A DNA stretch of 48,787 bases from contig JBAXOM010000001.1 of the NCBI GenBank assembly GCA_037133215.1, positions 1 through 48,787 of the forward strand. The letters are read 5' to 3'. Below are positions 9,093 to 18,300 of this stretch, piece after piece. Below the pieces are notes generated by a model. That model was not told the origin of the DNA, made no database searches, and saw only the letters and a list, made by a program, of their open reading frames with translations. Position 1 is the first letter of the stretch, and each line of letters opens with the position of its first letter. The stretch comes from Thermoleophilia bacterium (GTDB lineage: Bacteria; Actinomycetota; Thermoleophilia; Gaiellales; F1-60-MAGs149). The translations under genes and the position numbers were made by a program.

Positions 9093-9628
9093 GTACCTCG
9101 TCGCGCGTCGATCGCATTGTCGAGACGGCTGCAGTGAGTAGCGCGATCTGGGCGCGCGCCGTACTCGATCCGTCCGAGCGCGATGGCGAAGACCTGTTCG
9201 GCCCGATTGCCGGCGACGCCTTTGCGGACGGCGTCGAGACGATCTACGAGGGTTACCTCGTTCACCATGCCCCGCGCGGTCGCGCCTTTGCGGCGCCCGA
9301 CCGTGAGCAGGCGTTGCTCCTTGGTGATTACCTCTACGCCACGGGCCTCGTTCAGGTCTGTGCCGCCGGCGATGTCGAGGCGATCGCCGCACTCGCCGAC
9401 CTTGTCTCCTTGGCCGCCCACCTGCGGGCGGAGGGAGGAGTGGTCGTCGACGCCGAGTTGTGGCTCGCGACGGCACGCCATCTGGCCGGACCGCGCGATG
9501 AGGCGCTCTTCAACGCACGCGAAGCACTGCGTAACGGCGATCCCACGATCCTCTGTGCGTTGGTCGCGGATGCGGATGCGACGGGTCCGCTGGTGGAGCA
9601 CCGACGCCTGATGGGAGACGCTCGATGA
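9080..9628 (+). CDS. Hypothetical protein, translationally coupled to the UbiD-like gene; weak resemblance to the polyprenyl synthase helical core but lacking DDxxD
   Basis: The ATG overlaps the hemB 3' end by 13 nt, and the stop overlaps the next start (ATGA at 9625-9628). VETIYEGYLVHHAPRG...ALLLGDYLYATGL is reminiscent of the E-IH-SLxHDD...LxGDxL pattern. The ATG at 9080 is taken as the start; no alternative start was confirmed. Confidence 0.55.
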   Translation: MAGVGTSSRVDRIVETAAVSSAIWARAVLDPSERDGEDLFGPIAGDAFADGVETIYEGYLVHHAPRGRAFAAPDREQALLLGDYLYATGLVQVCAAGDVEAIAALADLVSLAAHLRAEGGVVVDAELWLATARHLAGPRDEALFNAREALRNGDPTILCALVADADATGPLVEHRRLMGDAR

Positions 9629-11079
9629 ACGGCCCCAAGGATCTCCGCGCCTGGATCGAACTGCTGCGTCGTGAGGGCGAGCTCGTCGAGATCACGCAGG
9701 AGGTCGACCCGTATCTCGAGATTACGGAGATCGCCGATCGCGTGCTCAAGGGCGGCGGCCCTGCGATCTTGTGCAGCAACGTCAAGGGTTCGAAGATTCC
9801 ACTGCTGATCAACCAGTTCGGCACGGAGCGGCGAATGCTGCTGGCGCTCGGTCGAGACGAATTCGATTCGATTGGTGACGAGATTGCCGAGCTGCTCGAA
9901 CTGAAGCCGCCGGACGGACTCAAGGACAAGGTGCAGGCGCTGCGTCGCCTCAAGGGTGTCGCCGATGCGCGTCCGAAGGTCGTGCGCTCCGGTGCCTGTC
10001 AGGAGGTCGTCTGGCCCGAGCCGGATCTCGATCTTCTGCCGATCCAGTTCCAGTGGCCCGACGATGGTGGCCCCTACATGACGCTTGCCAATGTGATCAC
10101 GAAGGACCCCGTCACCGGCGGTCGCAACGTCGGCATGTACCGACTGCAGAAGCACGGCAAGCACGAACTGGGCCTGCACTGGCAGATGCACAAGGACGGC
10201 GCTGCCGACCACCGCGAGGGCGAGGGGCGTATGGAAGTCGCGCTCGCGCTCGGGACCGATCCGATCACGACCTACTCGGGTTCGATGCCGCTGCCCAAGC
10301 ACATCGACGAGTACATGATTGCCGGCTGGCTACGAGATAAACCCATCGATTTGGTCCAGTGCAAGACCGTCGACATTCAGGTGCCAGCCAACGCCGAGAT
10401 CATCATCGAGGGCTATTGCGTGCGGGGCGAGACAAAGCCGGAGGGCCCGTTTGGCGACCACACGGGCTACTACACGCCGGTCGATGACTTTCCGGTCATG
10501 CACGTCACGGCGATTACGTCGCGCCGCGATCCGATCTACCCGTCAATCGTGGTCGGCCCGCCGCCGTGCGAGGACCTCTGGCTCGGTAAGGCGACGGAGC
10601 GGATCTTCCTTCCAGCCGTGCGCGTGACGCTCCCCGAGGTTGTCGATTACGACATCCCCTACGCCGGCACGTTCCATAACTGCGTGATCGTGTCGATTCA
10701 GAAGCGCTTCCCTGGACACGCGCAAAAGGTGATGAGCGCGATCTGGGGAACGGGTCTCCTGTCGTTGACGAAGGCCGTGATCGTGGTCGACGAGTGGGTC
10801 GACGTGCACAACTACACGGAGGTCGTCTGGCAACTCGGGGCCAACGTCGATCCTGCCCACGACATTCTGATGTCCTACGGTCCGATTGATCAGCTCGACC
10901 ATGCTGCGCGCATCAAGGCGCTCGGAGGCAAGATCGGCTTCGATGCGACGGCATCGTGGGAGGGTGAGGGGTACGACCGTGGCTGGCCCGAGGTCAACCG
11001 GATTCCCGCTGAGGTCAAGGCACAGGTCGATGCGCGGTGGGCCTCATTTGGCATCGAGATGCCGGGCAGGGTCCGCTAG
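9625..11079 (+). CDS. UbiD-family decarboxylase (menaquinone-pathway, SCO4490-type)
   Basis: N-terminus DLRAWIELLRREGELVEITQEVDPYLEITEIADRV...PAILCSNVKGS...LINQFGTERR is typical of UbiD. Length 484 aa, and the gene sits in the futalosine/menaquinone neighbourhood. Confidence 0.9.
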   Translation: MNGPKDLRAWIELLRREGELVEITQEVDPYLEITEIADRVLKGGGPAILCSNVKGSKIPLLINQFGTERRMLLALGRDEFDSIGDEIAELLELKPPDGLKDKVQALRRLKGVADARPKVVRSGACQEVVWPEPDLDLLPIQFQWPDDGGPYMTLANVITKDPVTGGRNVGMYRLQKHGKHELGLHWQMHKDGAADHREGEGRMEVALALGTDPITTYSGSMPLPKHIDEYMIAGWLRDKPIDLVQCKTVDIQVPANAEIIIEGYCVRGETKPEGPFGDHTGYYTPVDDFPVMHVTAITSRRDPIYPSIVVGPPPCEDLWLGKATERIFLPAVRVTLPEVVDYDIPYAGTFHNCVIVSIQKRFPGHAQKVMSAIWGTGLLSLTKAVIVVDEWVDVHNYTEVVWQLGANVDPAHDILMSYGPIDQLDHAARIKALGGKIGFDATASWEGEGYDRGWPEVNRIPAEVKAQVDARWASFGIEMPGRVR

Positions 11080-11132
11080 ATGGCTACTCCGGTGACAACG
11101 CTGGGTATGCTCGCAGACGGAGATTACGACGG

Positions 11133-11552
11133 ATGACTCTGCCCAAGGACACGATGAACGTGGAACGAACAGACGAGGAATGGCGCCAGGTTTTGACGCC
11201 GGAGCAGTACGCCGTACTGCGCCAGCAGGGGACCGAGCCGCCGTTTACCGGCGCCTACGTCGATGACCACACGCCGGGTGTCTATGCCTGCGCGGGCTGC
11301 GGGACAGAGCTCTTTCACTCGGACGACAAGTTCGATTCGGGCACCGGCTGGCCGAGCTTTACGCGCCCCGTGCTCGACGACAACGTCGGGTCGCGCGAGG
11401 ACAGCACGCACGGCATGCGACGCATCGAGGTCGTCTGCAAGAGCTGCGGCGGCCATCTCGGCCACGTCTTTCCGGATGGTCCAGGGCCAACAGGAATGCG
11501 TTACTGCATCAATTCGTGCTCGCTTCAGCACGTCGAAACGAGTGCAAAATGA
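11133..11552 (+). CDS. msrB: Peptide-methionine (R)-S-oxide reductase
   Basis: Two CxxC Zn motifs (CAGCGTELF, CKSCGGHLGHVF), the GTGWPSF motif and the catalytic RYCINS. Start trimmed to ATG 11133; the ORF track starts at 11037 and overlaps ubiD. Confidence 0.9.
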   Translation: MTLPKDTMNVERTDEEWRQVLTPEQYAVLRQQGTEPPFTGAYVDDHTPGVYACAGCGTELFHSDDKFDSGTGWPSFTRPVLDDNVGSREDSTHGMRRIEVVCKSCGGHLGHVFPDGPGPTGMRYCINSCSLQHVETSAK

Positions 11553-11639
11553 CGGATCAGATGATTGTGCGTTTCGTGGCGACTTTGACATCCGACGGGC
11601 ACCGCCCCCAAGATACCTACGTGACTGGAGGCATTGCAC

Positions 11640-12257
11640 GTGGCTAAGAACACTGATAAAGCTGGAGCATCGTCGTATGGCGATCCAGCGGACCCCCGCG
11701 CGATCATTAGTCGCAGCAAATTTTTGACCGGGGCAACGGTCGGCCTTGGCGGCCTGATCGGTGTGGCCATCGCCGTTCCCGTCGTGGGCTTCGTCCTCGG
11801 ACCTGCCTTTGCGACGGAAGACTGGTACTGGACGAGCTTTGGACCAGTCGACAACAAGGACTTTAAAGCAGGCACGTACGAGCCAGTCGTTTTCGAACGT
11901 GGCAAGCTCGGCGAGCTCGATCGCCGCGTCGCGTATGTACGTCGCGATGGCGCCGAAACGTTCACGATCATTTCCAACACGTGCATGCATCTCGGCTGCC
12001 CGGTGCAGTTCAAGACCACGAACTTCGCCTGCCCCTGCCACGGCGGCCAGTACGACACCGAGGGCATGGTCACGGCCGGCCCACCGGTGCGCCCGCTCAA
12101 CCGCTTCGAGTACAAGGTCGAAGCCGGCACGCTCTACGTCGGCCGCCCCTTCGCGACTCAAGATGTTGACGGCAAAGTTGTGATGACCGACACCTTCAAG
12201 CTGCCCGGTGAGCCCGTTGGTGGGCTCCTCGGTTGGCTTTACCCGACTCCTTCCTGA
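11640..12257 (+). CDS. qcrA: Rieske [2Fe-2S] subunit of menaquinol:cytochrome c reductase
   Basis: Rieske boxes CMHLGCP and CPCHGGQY. GGAGG lies 8 nt upstream of GTG 11640; TTG 11634 is an alternative start. Confidence 0.85.
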   Translation: MAKNTDKAGASSYGDPADPRAIISRSKFLTGATVGLGGLIGVAIAVPVVGFVLGPAFATEDWYWTSFGPVDNKDFKAGTYEPVVFERGKLGELDRRVAYVRRDGAETFTIISNTCMHLGCPVQFKTTNFACPCHGGQYDTEGMVTAGPPVRPLNRFEYKVEAGTLYVGRPFATQDVDGKVVMTDTFKLPGEPVGGLLGWLYPTPS

Positions 12258-12271
12258 GGCAGAAGACGACT

Positions 12272-12985
12272 ATGTCCACACTATTGCCCCCTCCCGCTGA
12301 AATCGCGATGATCCCCGTCGACTGGGTTGAGGAGCGCTCTGGCGCAATCTCCTTCGGCAAGTTCATGCTCTTCCGCAATGTCCCCAAGGACATCTCGTGG
12401 TTGCAGACGCTCGGCTCTGCGCTGATCACCGTCTTCATCCTGCAGAGCACCACCGGCATTCTGCTGGCGATGTACTACCAGCCAGATCCGGATACCGCCT
12501 GGAGCACGATCCAGTGGATCACCAATGACGCCACGCTTGGTTGGCTCGTTCGTGGCATGCATAAGTGGGGTTCGTCCGTGATGGTGGTGCTGCTCTTCTT
12601 GCACATGGGACGCACGTTCCTCTTCGGTGCCTACAAGTACCCGCGCGAAATGACGTGGATTACTGGCGCAATCATCTTCATCCTCGTAATGGGCATGTCC
12701 TTCACCGGCTACCTGCTGGTGTTCGACGAGCGTGCCTACTGGGCCACGATCGTCGGCGTCAACATCAACGGCACGGCACCGATCCTCGGACCGGCACTGT
12801 CGTACATCCTGATGGTTGGCCCGCAGATCAGCACGCACACGCTCTCGCGTTTCTACGCACTGCACATGCTTGTGCTGCCGAGCGCGATTGGCGGCCTGAT
12901 CTTCCTGCACATGTTGCTTGTCGTCCGGCTCGGCGTCACATCGCCGCCCTGGTCGCGCATGGAGCCAACGGAGGGTGACGTCTAA
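12272..12985 (+). CDS. qcrB: Cytochrome b6-type (short, 4-helix) cytochrome b subunit
   Basis: LQSTTGILLAMYYQP with heme-ligand His contexts GMHKWG, FLHMGR, FYALHM and FLHMLL. About 237 aa, i.e. the split b6 form. Start ATG 12272 follows the qcrA stop. Confidence 0.85.
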   Translation: MSTLLPPPAEIAMIPVDWVEERSGAISFGKFMLFRNVPKDISWLQTLGSALITVFILQSTTGILLAMYYQPDPDTAWSTIQWITNDATLGWLVRGMHKWGSSVMVVLLFLHMGRTFLFGAYKYPREMTWITGAIIFILVMGMSFTGYLLVFDERAYWATIVGVNINGTAPILGPALSYILMVGPQISTHTLSRFYALHMLVLPSAIGGLIFLHMLLVVRLGVTSPPWSRMEPTEGDV

Positions 12986-13860
12986 TGCCACGTCTAACTG
13001 CACGAGAGCGCCGCGAGGGATACCAGCGCGAGTACGCGTTTCAACAGCGTCACGGCAAGCCGTTCTTCCCGAACGCCGTCTTCCACGACACGATCGTCAG
13101 CCTCATCGTTGTCGGTCTGATCATGGGCATGGCAATTCTTTGGCACGCGCAGTTTGGAGCGGTTCCAGCCGAGGCAACTGCTGAGCGTATTGGTGGCCTG
13201 CTCGGACCTGCGTATGAAGGCAAGGCCGATCCGGGTGTGCTCGCGTACCACCCTCAGCCTGACTGGTACTTCTTCTTCCTGTTCGAGCTGCTGCGTATTT
13301 TCAAGACGCCGCAACTGCTGATCGTCGGTACGATCATCATCCCGACCATCTGGATGGTGCTTCTGATCGGTTGGCCGTTCATCGACCGCAATCCTGATCG
13401 TCGACTCTCACGTCGTCCGATCGCGCTCGCTCTGGGTGTCACGGTTCCGATCGTTCTCCTGACGTTGACGTTCTACGGCTCCAAGGCACCGGGTGTCGAA
13501 GGCCAGGCTTCGACAGAGCCAGGCGCGGCCGCCTTTGCGGGTGGCGCCTGCTCGACCTGCCATACGCTCGCGAACGCGGGTACGGCGGGCAACGTTGGGC
13601 CTGTGCTCGATAACGCCCAGCCGGACTATGCGCGGGCGCTAAATTACATCACCAACGGCAAGGGCGGCATGCCGTCCTTCAAGGCCACCTACACGGCGGA
13701 GGAGATCTCGTGTCTCGCCGGCTACGTCTCGACGTGGGCGGGTGCCAAGGGTACGACGCCAGGTCCACAGGCGCCGTCCGCGAAGGCGACCTACCCGACC
13801 GCCTGCACCAAGGCGGGTGGCCTGTTTGCCGGTACCGCCACGAGTGCGGCCGGTCGCTAG
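12985..13860 (+). CDS. qcrC: Subunit-IV-like membrane domain fused to a mono-heme cytochrome c (Bacillus QcrC-type)
   Basis: PDWYFFFLFELLRIF (cytochrome b C-terminal / subunit IV motif) followed by a single CSTCH heme-c site. The start overlaps the qcrB stop (TAATG). Confidence 0.8.
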   Translation: MPRLTARERREGYQREYAFQQRHGKPFFPNAVFHDTIVSLIVVGLIMGMAILWHAQFGAVPAEATAERIGGLLGPAYEGKADPGVLAYHPQPDWYFFFLFELLRIFKTPQLLIVGTIIIPTIWMVLLIGWPFIDRNPDRRLSRRPIALALGVTVPIVLLTLTFYGSKAPGVEGQASTEPGAAAFAGGACSTCHTLANAGTAGNVGPVLDNAQPDYARALNYITNGKGGMPSFKATYTAEEISCLAGYVSTWAGAKGTTPGPQAPSAKATYPTACTKAGGLFAGTATSAAGR

Positions 13861-13893
13861 CGTCAACAGAAAACAACGTTTTTGATGGTGGCG

Positions 13894-13934
13894 ACGGCCG
13901 GGTGGTGACACCCGGCCGTTTGTCGTTTTCGTTC
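13894..13934 (+). terminator. Rho-independent terminator after qcrC
   Basis: Perfect 11-bp stem ACGGCCGGGTG / CACCCGGCCGT with a GTGA loop, followed by the T-rich tract TTGTCGTTTTCGTT. Confidence 0.8.
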
Positions 13935-14059
13935 TGATGGTTCGGGCAGGCGACGAATTGGGCATGGTCCGGAGCGGCCGTGTGGACGCGCGGAGCGAAT
14001 CACCTAGCGGGGCAAATCCCCGTACTGACGTATCCTGCACGCAACGCCCGTTACTGACT

Positions 14060-14656
14060 ATGCGAGTCTTCCTCGGAATCACCGGCGCCTCTGGCGCACC
14101 GTATGCCGCCCGCGTGCTCGCGGGGTTGGTTGCTGCGGGGGCAGAGGTTGGCGTCTGCGCCTCGAAAGCTGCGGGAGAGGTAATCGCGTGGGAGGTCTAT
14201 CGCGACCGTTCGATCCCCGGCCCCGAGGCGATCCAACGCCTCGTCACGGAGTACGGCGGCGATAGTGCCACGCTCTACGGTGCTGAGGACTGGTTTTCTC
14301 CCTACGCCTCGGGTTCAGCCAAAGTCGATGCCTACGTGATCTGCCCGTGTTCGATGGCCACCTGCGGCACGATCGCCTCGACGAGTCAGGCGAACCTGAT
14401 CCATCGAGCTGCTGGCGTTGCCCTCAAGGAACGCCGCAAGCTGATCATCGTCCCGCGCGAGTCGCCGCTGTCTCTCTTGCACCTGCGCACCCTGACGACG
14501 CTGGCCGAGGCTGGCGCGATTATCGCCCCGGCGATGCCTGTCTTCTATACGCACCCCGATACGTTGGGCGACGCGATCGATTTCGTCGCGGGCCGTGTGC
14601 TCGACCTGTGCGGGATCGACAACGAACTCCTGCCGCGCTGGGGCGCCGACGCGTGA
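14060..14656 (+). CDS. ubiX: UbiX-family flavin prenyltransferase
   Basis: MRVFLGITGASGAPYAARVL..., ICPCSMATCGTIA, and length about 198 aa. The upstream part of track ORF 13937 is non-coding leader. Confidence 0.9.
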   Translation: MRVFLGITGASGAPYAARVLAGLVAAGAEVGVCASKAAGEVIAWEVYRDRSIPGPEAIQRLVTEYGGDSATLYGAEDWFSPYASGSAKVDAYVICPCSMATCGTIASTSQANLIHRAAGVALKERRKLIIVPRESPLSLLHLRTLTTLAEAGAIIAPAMPVFYTHPDTLGDAIDFVAGRVLDLCGIDNELLPRWGADA

Positions 14657-15408
14657 GCACCGACAATCTTCCCGTCAAGTACAGCGCCGAGGAGGGCACG
14701 CTGCCCCCCGAGCGCGTCCAGGCGATGTTCGACCGTATTGCTCGCCCGTACGACGCGATGAATCGCGTGATGACTGCGGGCCTCGATGTGCGCTGGCGTC
14801 GCCTCGCGGCTGACGCGACTGAGGTCGGTACAGGCGCCAGCGTCCTCGACTGTTGCTGCGGCACAGCGGACCTCACGCTTGAGCTCGCCAAGCGCGTCGG
14901 CCCCAGTGGCGAGGTAGTGGGGCTCGACTTTGCCGAGCGCATGCTCGATCGTGGTCGGATCAAGATTGCCAAGCGCGGTGTCGACCAAGCAACGCTCCTC
15001 CACGGCGATGCGTTGGATCTTCCCTTCGAAGATGACCGCTTTGCGGCAGCGACGGTGGCCTTTGGCATTCGCAACGTTGCCGATCTTGCTCTCGGCTTTC
15101 GCGAACTTGTCCGCGTCGTTCGCCCGGGTGGCAAGGTGGTGTGCCTCGAGATCACGACGCCCGAATCGGGTGTTGTCTCGAAGTTTCATTCGCTGTGGTT
15201 CGACCGTCTCGTTCCCGGTGTGGGGCGGCTGGTCGATAAGCAGAACGCGGCCTACACCTACCTGCCTGCCTCGGTCAAGCGGTTTCCTGGTACCACGAGC
15301 CTTGCGCACGTGATGTACGAGGCTGGCCTCGATGACGTGCGCTTCCGCACGCTGGGCGGCGGGATCGTGGCGCTGCACGTTGGCACCGTTCGTCGGAGCG
15401 ACGCATGA
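14653..15408 (+). CDS. menG: Demethylmenaquinone (UbiE/MenG-type) SAM-dependent methyltransferase
   Basis: VQAMFDRIARPYDAMNRVMTAG...RWRR and SAM motif VLDCCCGTADL. GTG 14653 overlaps the ubiX stop (GTGA). The track ORF from 14347 is an out-of-context extension. Confidence 0.9.
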   Translation: MSTDNLPVKYSAEEGTLPPERVQAMFDRIARPYDAMNRVMTAGLDVRWRRLAADATEVGTGASVLDCCCGTADLTLELAKRVGPSGEVVGLDFAERMLDRGRIKIAKRGVDQATLLHGDALDLPFEDDRFAAATVAFGIRNVADLALGFRELVRVVRPGGKVVCLEITTPESGVVSKFHSLWFDRLVPGVGRLVDKQNAAYTYLPASVKRFPGTTSLAHVMYEAGLDDVRFRTLGGGIVALHVGTVRRSDA

Positions 15409-16376
15409 GCACCATTACGTACGCGGATCTGTTGGCGCTCCCCGGCATTAGTGATTTCCTTAAGCGCGTTGAGCAACGGCTAGCCGACGACGTCGCCTGG
15501 GTTGGTGGTTCGACGGCAGCCACGGCAGCGGAGACACTCGCTGCCGGTGGTAAGCGCCTACGGCCCCTGCTGGTTCTGCTTTCGTCGCCGATCTCAGGAC
15601 AGTCCGAGGAGAATCTCATCCGAGCTGGTAGTGCAGTCGAGCTCGTGCACATGGCGACGCTCGTTCACGACGATGTGCTCGACCACGCCTCGCTCCGCCG
15701 AGGACGACCGACCGTGTGGGCGCAACACGGCGATCGTATCGCCGGCGCAACCGGCGACTTTCTGTTTGCCCGGGCGTTTGCCGTGCTCGCCGAGACGAAC
15801 GACATGGAGAGCCTTGTGTTGCTGGCACAGGCCGCACTCGGCCTGTCGGAAGGGGAGGCCCTGCAGATGCTGCAGACGCGCCGCCCCGAGACGACACCCG
15901 AACAGTATTTCGAGCGCTGCACGCTCAAGACCGGACGCCTGTTCGCAGCGGCCTGCGGGCTCGGCGGTCGCCTCGGCGGTCTCGGCGATGCCGATGCCGC
16001 GGCGCTCGCCGAATACGGGCGCCTGCTCGGCCTCGCCTTCCAGGTGGCCGACGACATTCTCGACTGTGACGGTCTCTCTTCCACGACCGGCAAGGTGCTC
16101 GGCACCGACCTAATCGGCGGTACGGCAACGCTGCCGCTGCTCTACGCCGCGCGGATCGACGCCGAAATTGCCGAGGCGTTGCGTCGCGAACCAGAGCCCG
16201 CAGCCGTGCTTCCACTCTTGGCTCGCGTCGGCGAATTGGGCGCGCTTGATGAGGCACGCGATACTGCCCGCGAGCTTGTACGGACGGCCGAAGAGGCCCT
16301 CGATCTCATTACTGGCGACCTCGATACAACACCGCTGCGGATGGTCGTCCGCGGTGTTGTCGACCGCGATACATAG
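15405..16376 (+). CDS. Long-chain polyprenyl diphosphate synthase (hepta/octaprenyl type)
   Basis: First and second Asp-rich motifs LVHDDVLD and QVADDILD. The start overlaps the menG stop (ATGA). The menG-synthase adjacency mirrors the Bacillus gerCB-gerCC arrangement. Confidence 0.9.
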   Translation: MSTITYADLLALPGISDFLKRVEQRLADDVAWVGGSTAATAAETLAAGGKRLRPLLVLLSSPISGQSEENLIRAGSAVELVHMATLVHDDVLDHASLRRGRPTVWAQHGDRIAGATGDFLFARAFAVLAETNDMESLVLLAQAALGLSEGEALQMLQTRRPETTPEQYFERCTLKTGRLFAAACGLGGRLGGLGDADAAALAEYGRLLGLAFQVADDILDCDGLSSTTGKVLGTDLIGGTATLPLLYAARIDAEIAEALRREPEPAAVLPLLARVGELGALDEARDTARELVRTAEEALDLITGDLDTTPLRMVVRGVVDRDT

Positions 16377-16399
16377 AACACCACCGACGGGAATCTGGC

Positions 16400-17512
16400 A
16401 TGGCAACCATCACGCGCAATACGGAACTCCAGGAGATTCGCGAGAAGGTCGTCGCGGGCGAGCGCCTCGACCTCGACGACGGCATCACGCTGCTCGAGTC
16501 ACACGATGTGCTCGAACTCGGTGCCCTCGCCGACCTTGCCCGCCGCCAACGCGGTGGCACGGACGACGTCTTCTTCGTCAACAACCTGTACCTCAACTAC
16601 ACGACGATCTGTCGAGTCAAGTGCAAGTTCTGCGCCTTTGCGCGCACGTCGAAGCAGGCCGACGCGGTCATGTGGGACATCGACGACCTCGTCGCGCACG
16701 CGCAAGAGGTGCGTTCGACGCAGGACTTCACCGAGATCCACATGGTCGGTGGCGAGAACCCGCACCTCGATTTCCAGTACTACGTCGACATCACGGCGGC
16801 GCTCAAGAAGGGTCTGCCTGGTGTAGATCTCAAGCTCTTTACCGCCTCCGAGATCCATCACATGACGCGCACCTCCGACCTCAATCATGAGGAGGTGCTG
16901 CGGGCACTGATCGACGCCGGTCTCGACACCCTGCCGGGTGGCGGTGCCGAGGTTTTCTCGCCGCGTGTGCGCAAGATCATCGCGCCGGGCAAGGAGCCGG
17001 GTGCACAGTGGCTCGAGACCCATCGGATCGCGCACAACCTTGGTCTCAAGACGCACTGCACGATGCTGTACAACCACGTCGAGACCTACGAGGAGCGCAT
17101 CGAGCACCTGTTGGCGCTGCGCGAACTGCAGGACGAGACCGGGGGCTTCATGGCCTTCATCCCGCTGCCGTTCCACCCGCAGAACACCGTCTTTGAGCGC
17201 CGTGGCTGGAAGTTCTCGACCGGCCAAGACGACCTCAAGATGATCGCCGTCTCGCGCCTGATGCTCGACAATATCGAGCACGTCAAGGCGTACTGGATCA
17301 TGATCTCCACGCCGCTCGCCCAGGTCGGCCTCTCGTTTGGTGCCAATGACATTCAGGGCACCGTCGTCGAAGAGAAGATCGCCCACGCAGCCGGTGCTGT
17401 GACGCCGACGGAGGAGAAGGTTGCCGACCTCGTCCGCGTCATTCAGGAGGCCGGCAAGGTCCCCGTTCAGCGCGACACGTTCTACAACGAGTTGCGGCGG
17501 TGGGATCGGTGA
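16400..17512 (+). CDS. mqnE: Radical SAM enzyme, aminofutalosine synthase (MqnE-type)
   Basis: CRVKCKFCAF cluster motif, FTASEIHH, LRELQDETGGFMAFIPL. The MqnE versus MqnC call rests on remembered family patterns and needs HMM confirmation. Confidence 0.75.
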   Translation: MATITRNTELQEIREKVVAGERLDLDDGITLLESHDVLELGALADLARRQRGGTDDVFFVNNLYLNYTTICRVKCKFCAFARTSKQADAVMWDIDDLVAHAQEVRSTQDFTEIHMVGGENPHLDFQYYVDITAALKKGLPGVDLKLFTASEIHHMTRTSDLNHEEVLRALIDAGLDTLPGGGAEVFSPRVRKIIAPGKEPGAQWLETHRIAHNLGLKTHCTMLYNHVETYEERIEHLLALRELQDETGGFMAFIPLPFHPQNTVFERRGWKFSTGQDDLKMIAVSRLMLDNIEHVKAYWIMISTPLAQVGLSFGANDIQGTVVEEKIAHAAGAVTPTEEKVADLVRVIQEAGKVPVQRDTFYNELRRWDR

Positions 17513-18300
17513 ACCCCCTTCGCGTCGGCCGGGTTGATTTCATCAATACCTTCCCGCTGGCGTGGTCGCTCGAGCATCGACTCGAGCCGGGCACGATCGA
17601 GGAGACGCTGGCTGTTCCGACGGCACTCAACGCGCTGCTCGCTGCGGGCGAGCTGGATGTCGCCAACGTCTCCAGCATTGCCTACGCCCACAATGCGGCG
17701 GACTGGGTTTTGCTGCCGTCGATTTGCATCGCCTCTGAGGGCGAGGTCGACTCGGTCAACCTCGTCACGGATGTCCCTCTGCCAGCCATCACCTCGATTG
17801 CCGTGACGGCCAAGAGTGCCGCGTCGGTTGCGCTGGTGCGAGTGTTGTTCCCGAGAGCGGAGATCCGTGCCGAGGGTCATTCGGCGGACGCAACGCTCTT
17901 GATCGGTGACGAGGCCTTGCGCTCGGCCATCGAAGACCCAACGCCGCACCACGATCTCGGCGAACTCTGGTTTGAGCGCACCGGGCTACCGATGGTCTTC
18001 GCCGTCTGGGCTGCGCGGAGGACCGTCGCTGTCGACCGGCTTCTTGCTCTCGACCACGCGCTCGCCTCGGCAGTTGCCGATGCCTCAGAGCACGCCGCAT
18101 TGGTCGCCGAGGCCGCTGCCGAGCGTTACAACTTCCCCGCCGGCTACCTCGCCCGCTACTTCGAGCACCTCCACTACGGCTTTAGCGACCGCAAGCGCGA
18201 GGGATTGCAGCGATACTTCGCACTAGCCGCAGAAGCGGGCATCATCGATTCGGTTCCCACACTCGAGTTCGCGGGAACAACGCAAGGAGCAAGGGGCTAA
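17500..18300 (+). CDS. mqnA: Chorismate dehydratase MqnA (futalosine pathway)
   Basis: LRVGRVDFINTFPL..., PTALNALLAAGELDVANVSSIAY, and about 266 aa. It lacks the SPCPND motif of the paralog MqnD. It overlaps the mqnE 3' end by 13 nt. Confidence 0.85.
   Translation: MGSVNPLRVGRVDFINTFPLAWSLEHRLEPGTIEETLAVPTALNALLAAGELDVANVSSIAYAHNAADWVLLPSICIASEGEVDSVNLVTDVPLPAITSIAVTAKSAASVALVRVLFPRAEIRAEGHSADATLLIGDEALRSAIEDPTPHHDLGELWFERTGLPMVFAVWAARRTVAVDRLLALDHALASAVADASEHAALVAEAAAERYNFPAGYLARYFEHLHYGFSDRKREGLQRYFALAAEAGIIDSVPTLEFAGTTQGARG

Noticed and set aside
11585-11590. TTGACA hexamer upstream of qcrA as a -35 box
   Set aside because: No acceptable -10 hexamer lies at 16-19 nt spacing. The nearest TANNNT-like sequence is about 22 nt away.
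11124-12161. 345-aa minus-strand ORF, and similar antisense ORFs at 9352-10302, 14545-15378, 24181-25041, 32331-33236, 35134-35928, 38574-39338, 40255-41079 and 46367-47473
   Set aside because: Each lies opposite a gene with clear family signatures (msrB/qcrA, ubiD-like, menG, capD-like, aminotransferase, hutH, PAP2/ychF, SnoaL/FMO, trx-TPR). None shows a motif of its own.
16499-17386. 295-aa minus-strand ORF, and the analogous 18297-19235 312-aa ORF
   Set aside because: Both are antisense to the confidently identified radical SAM genes mqnE and mqnC. They have no recognisable motifs and are rich in Asp/Arg/Val/Leu, as expected for the reverse complement of GC3-rich coding sequence.
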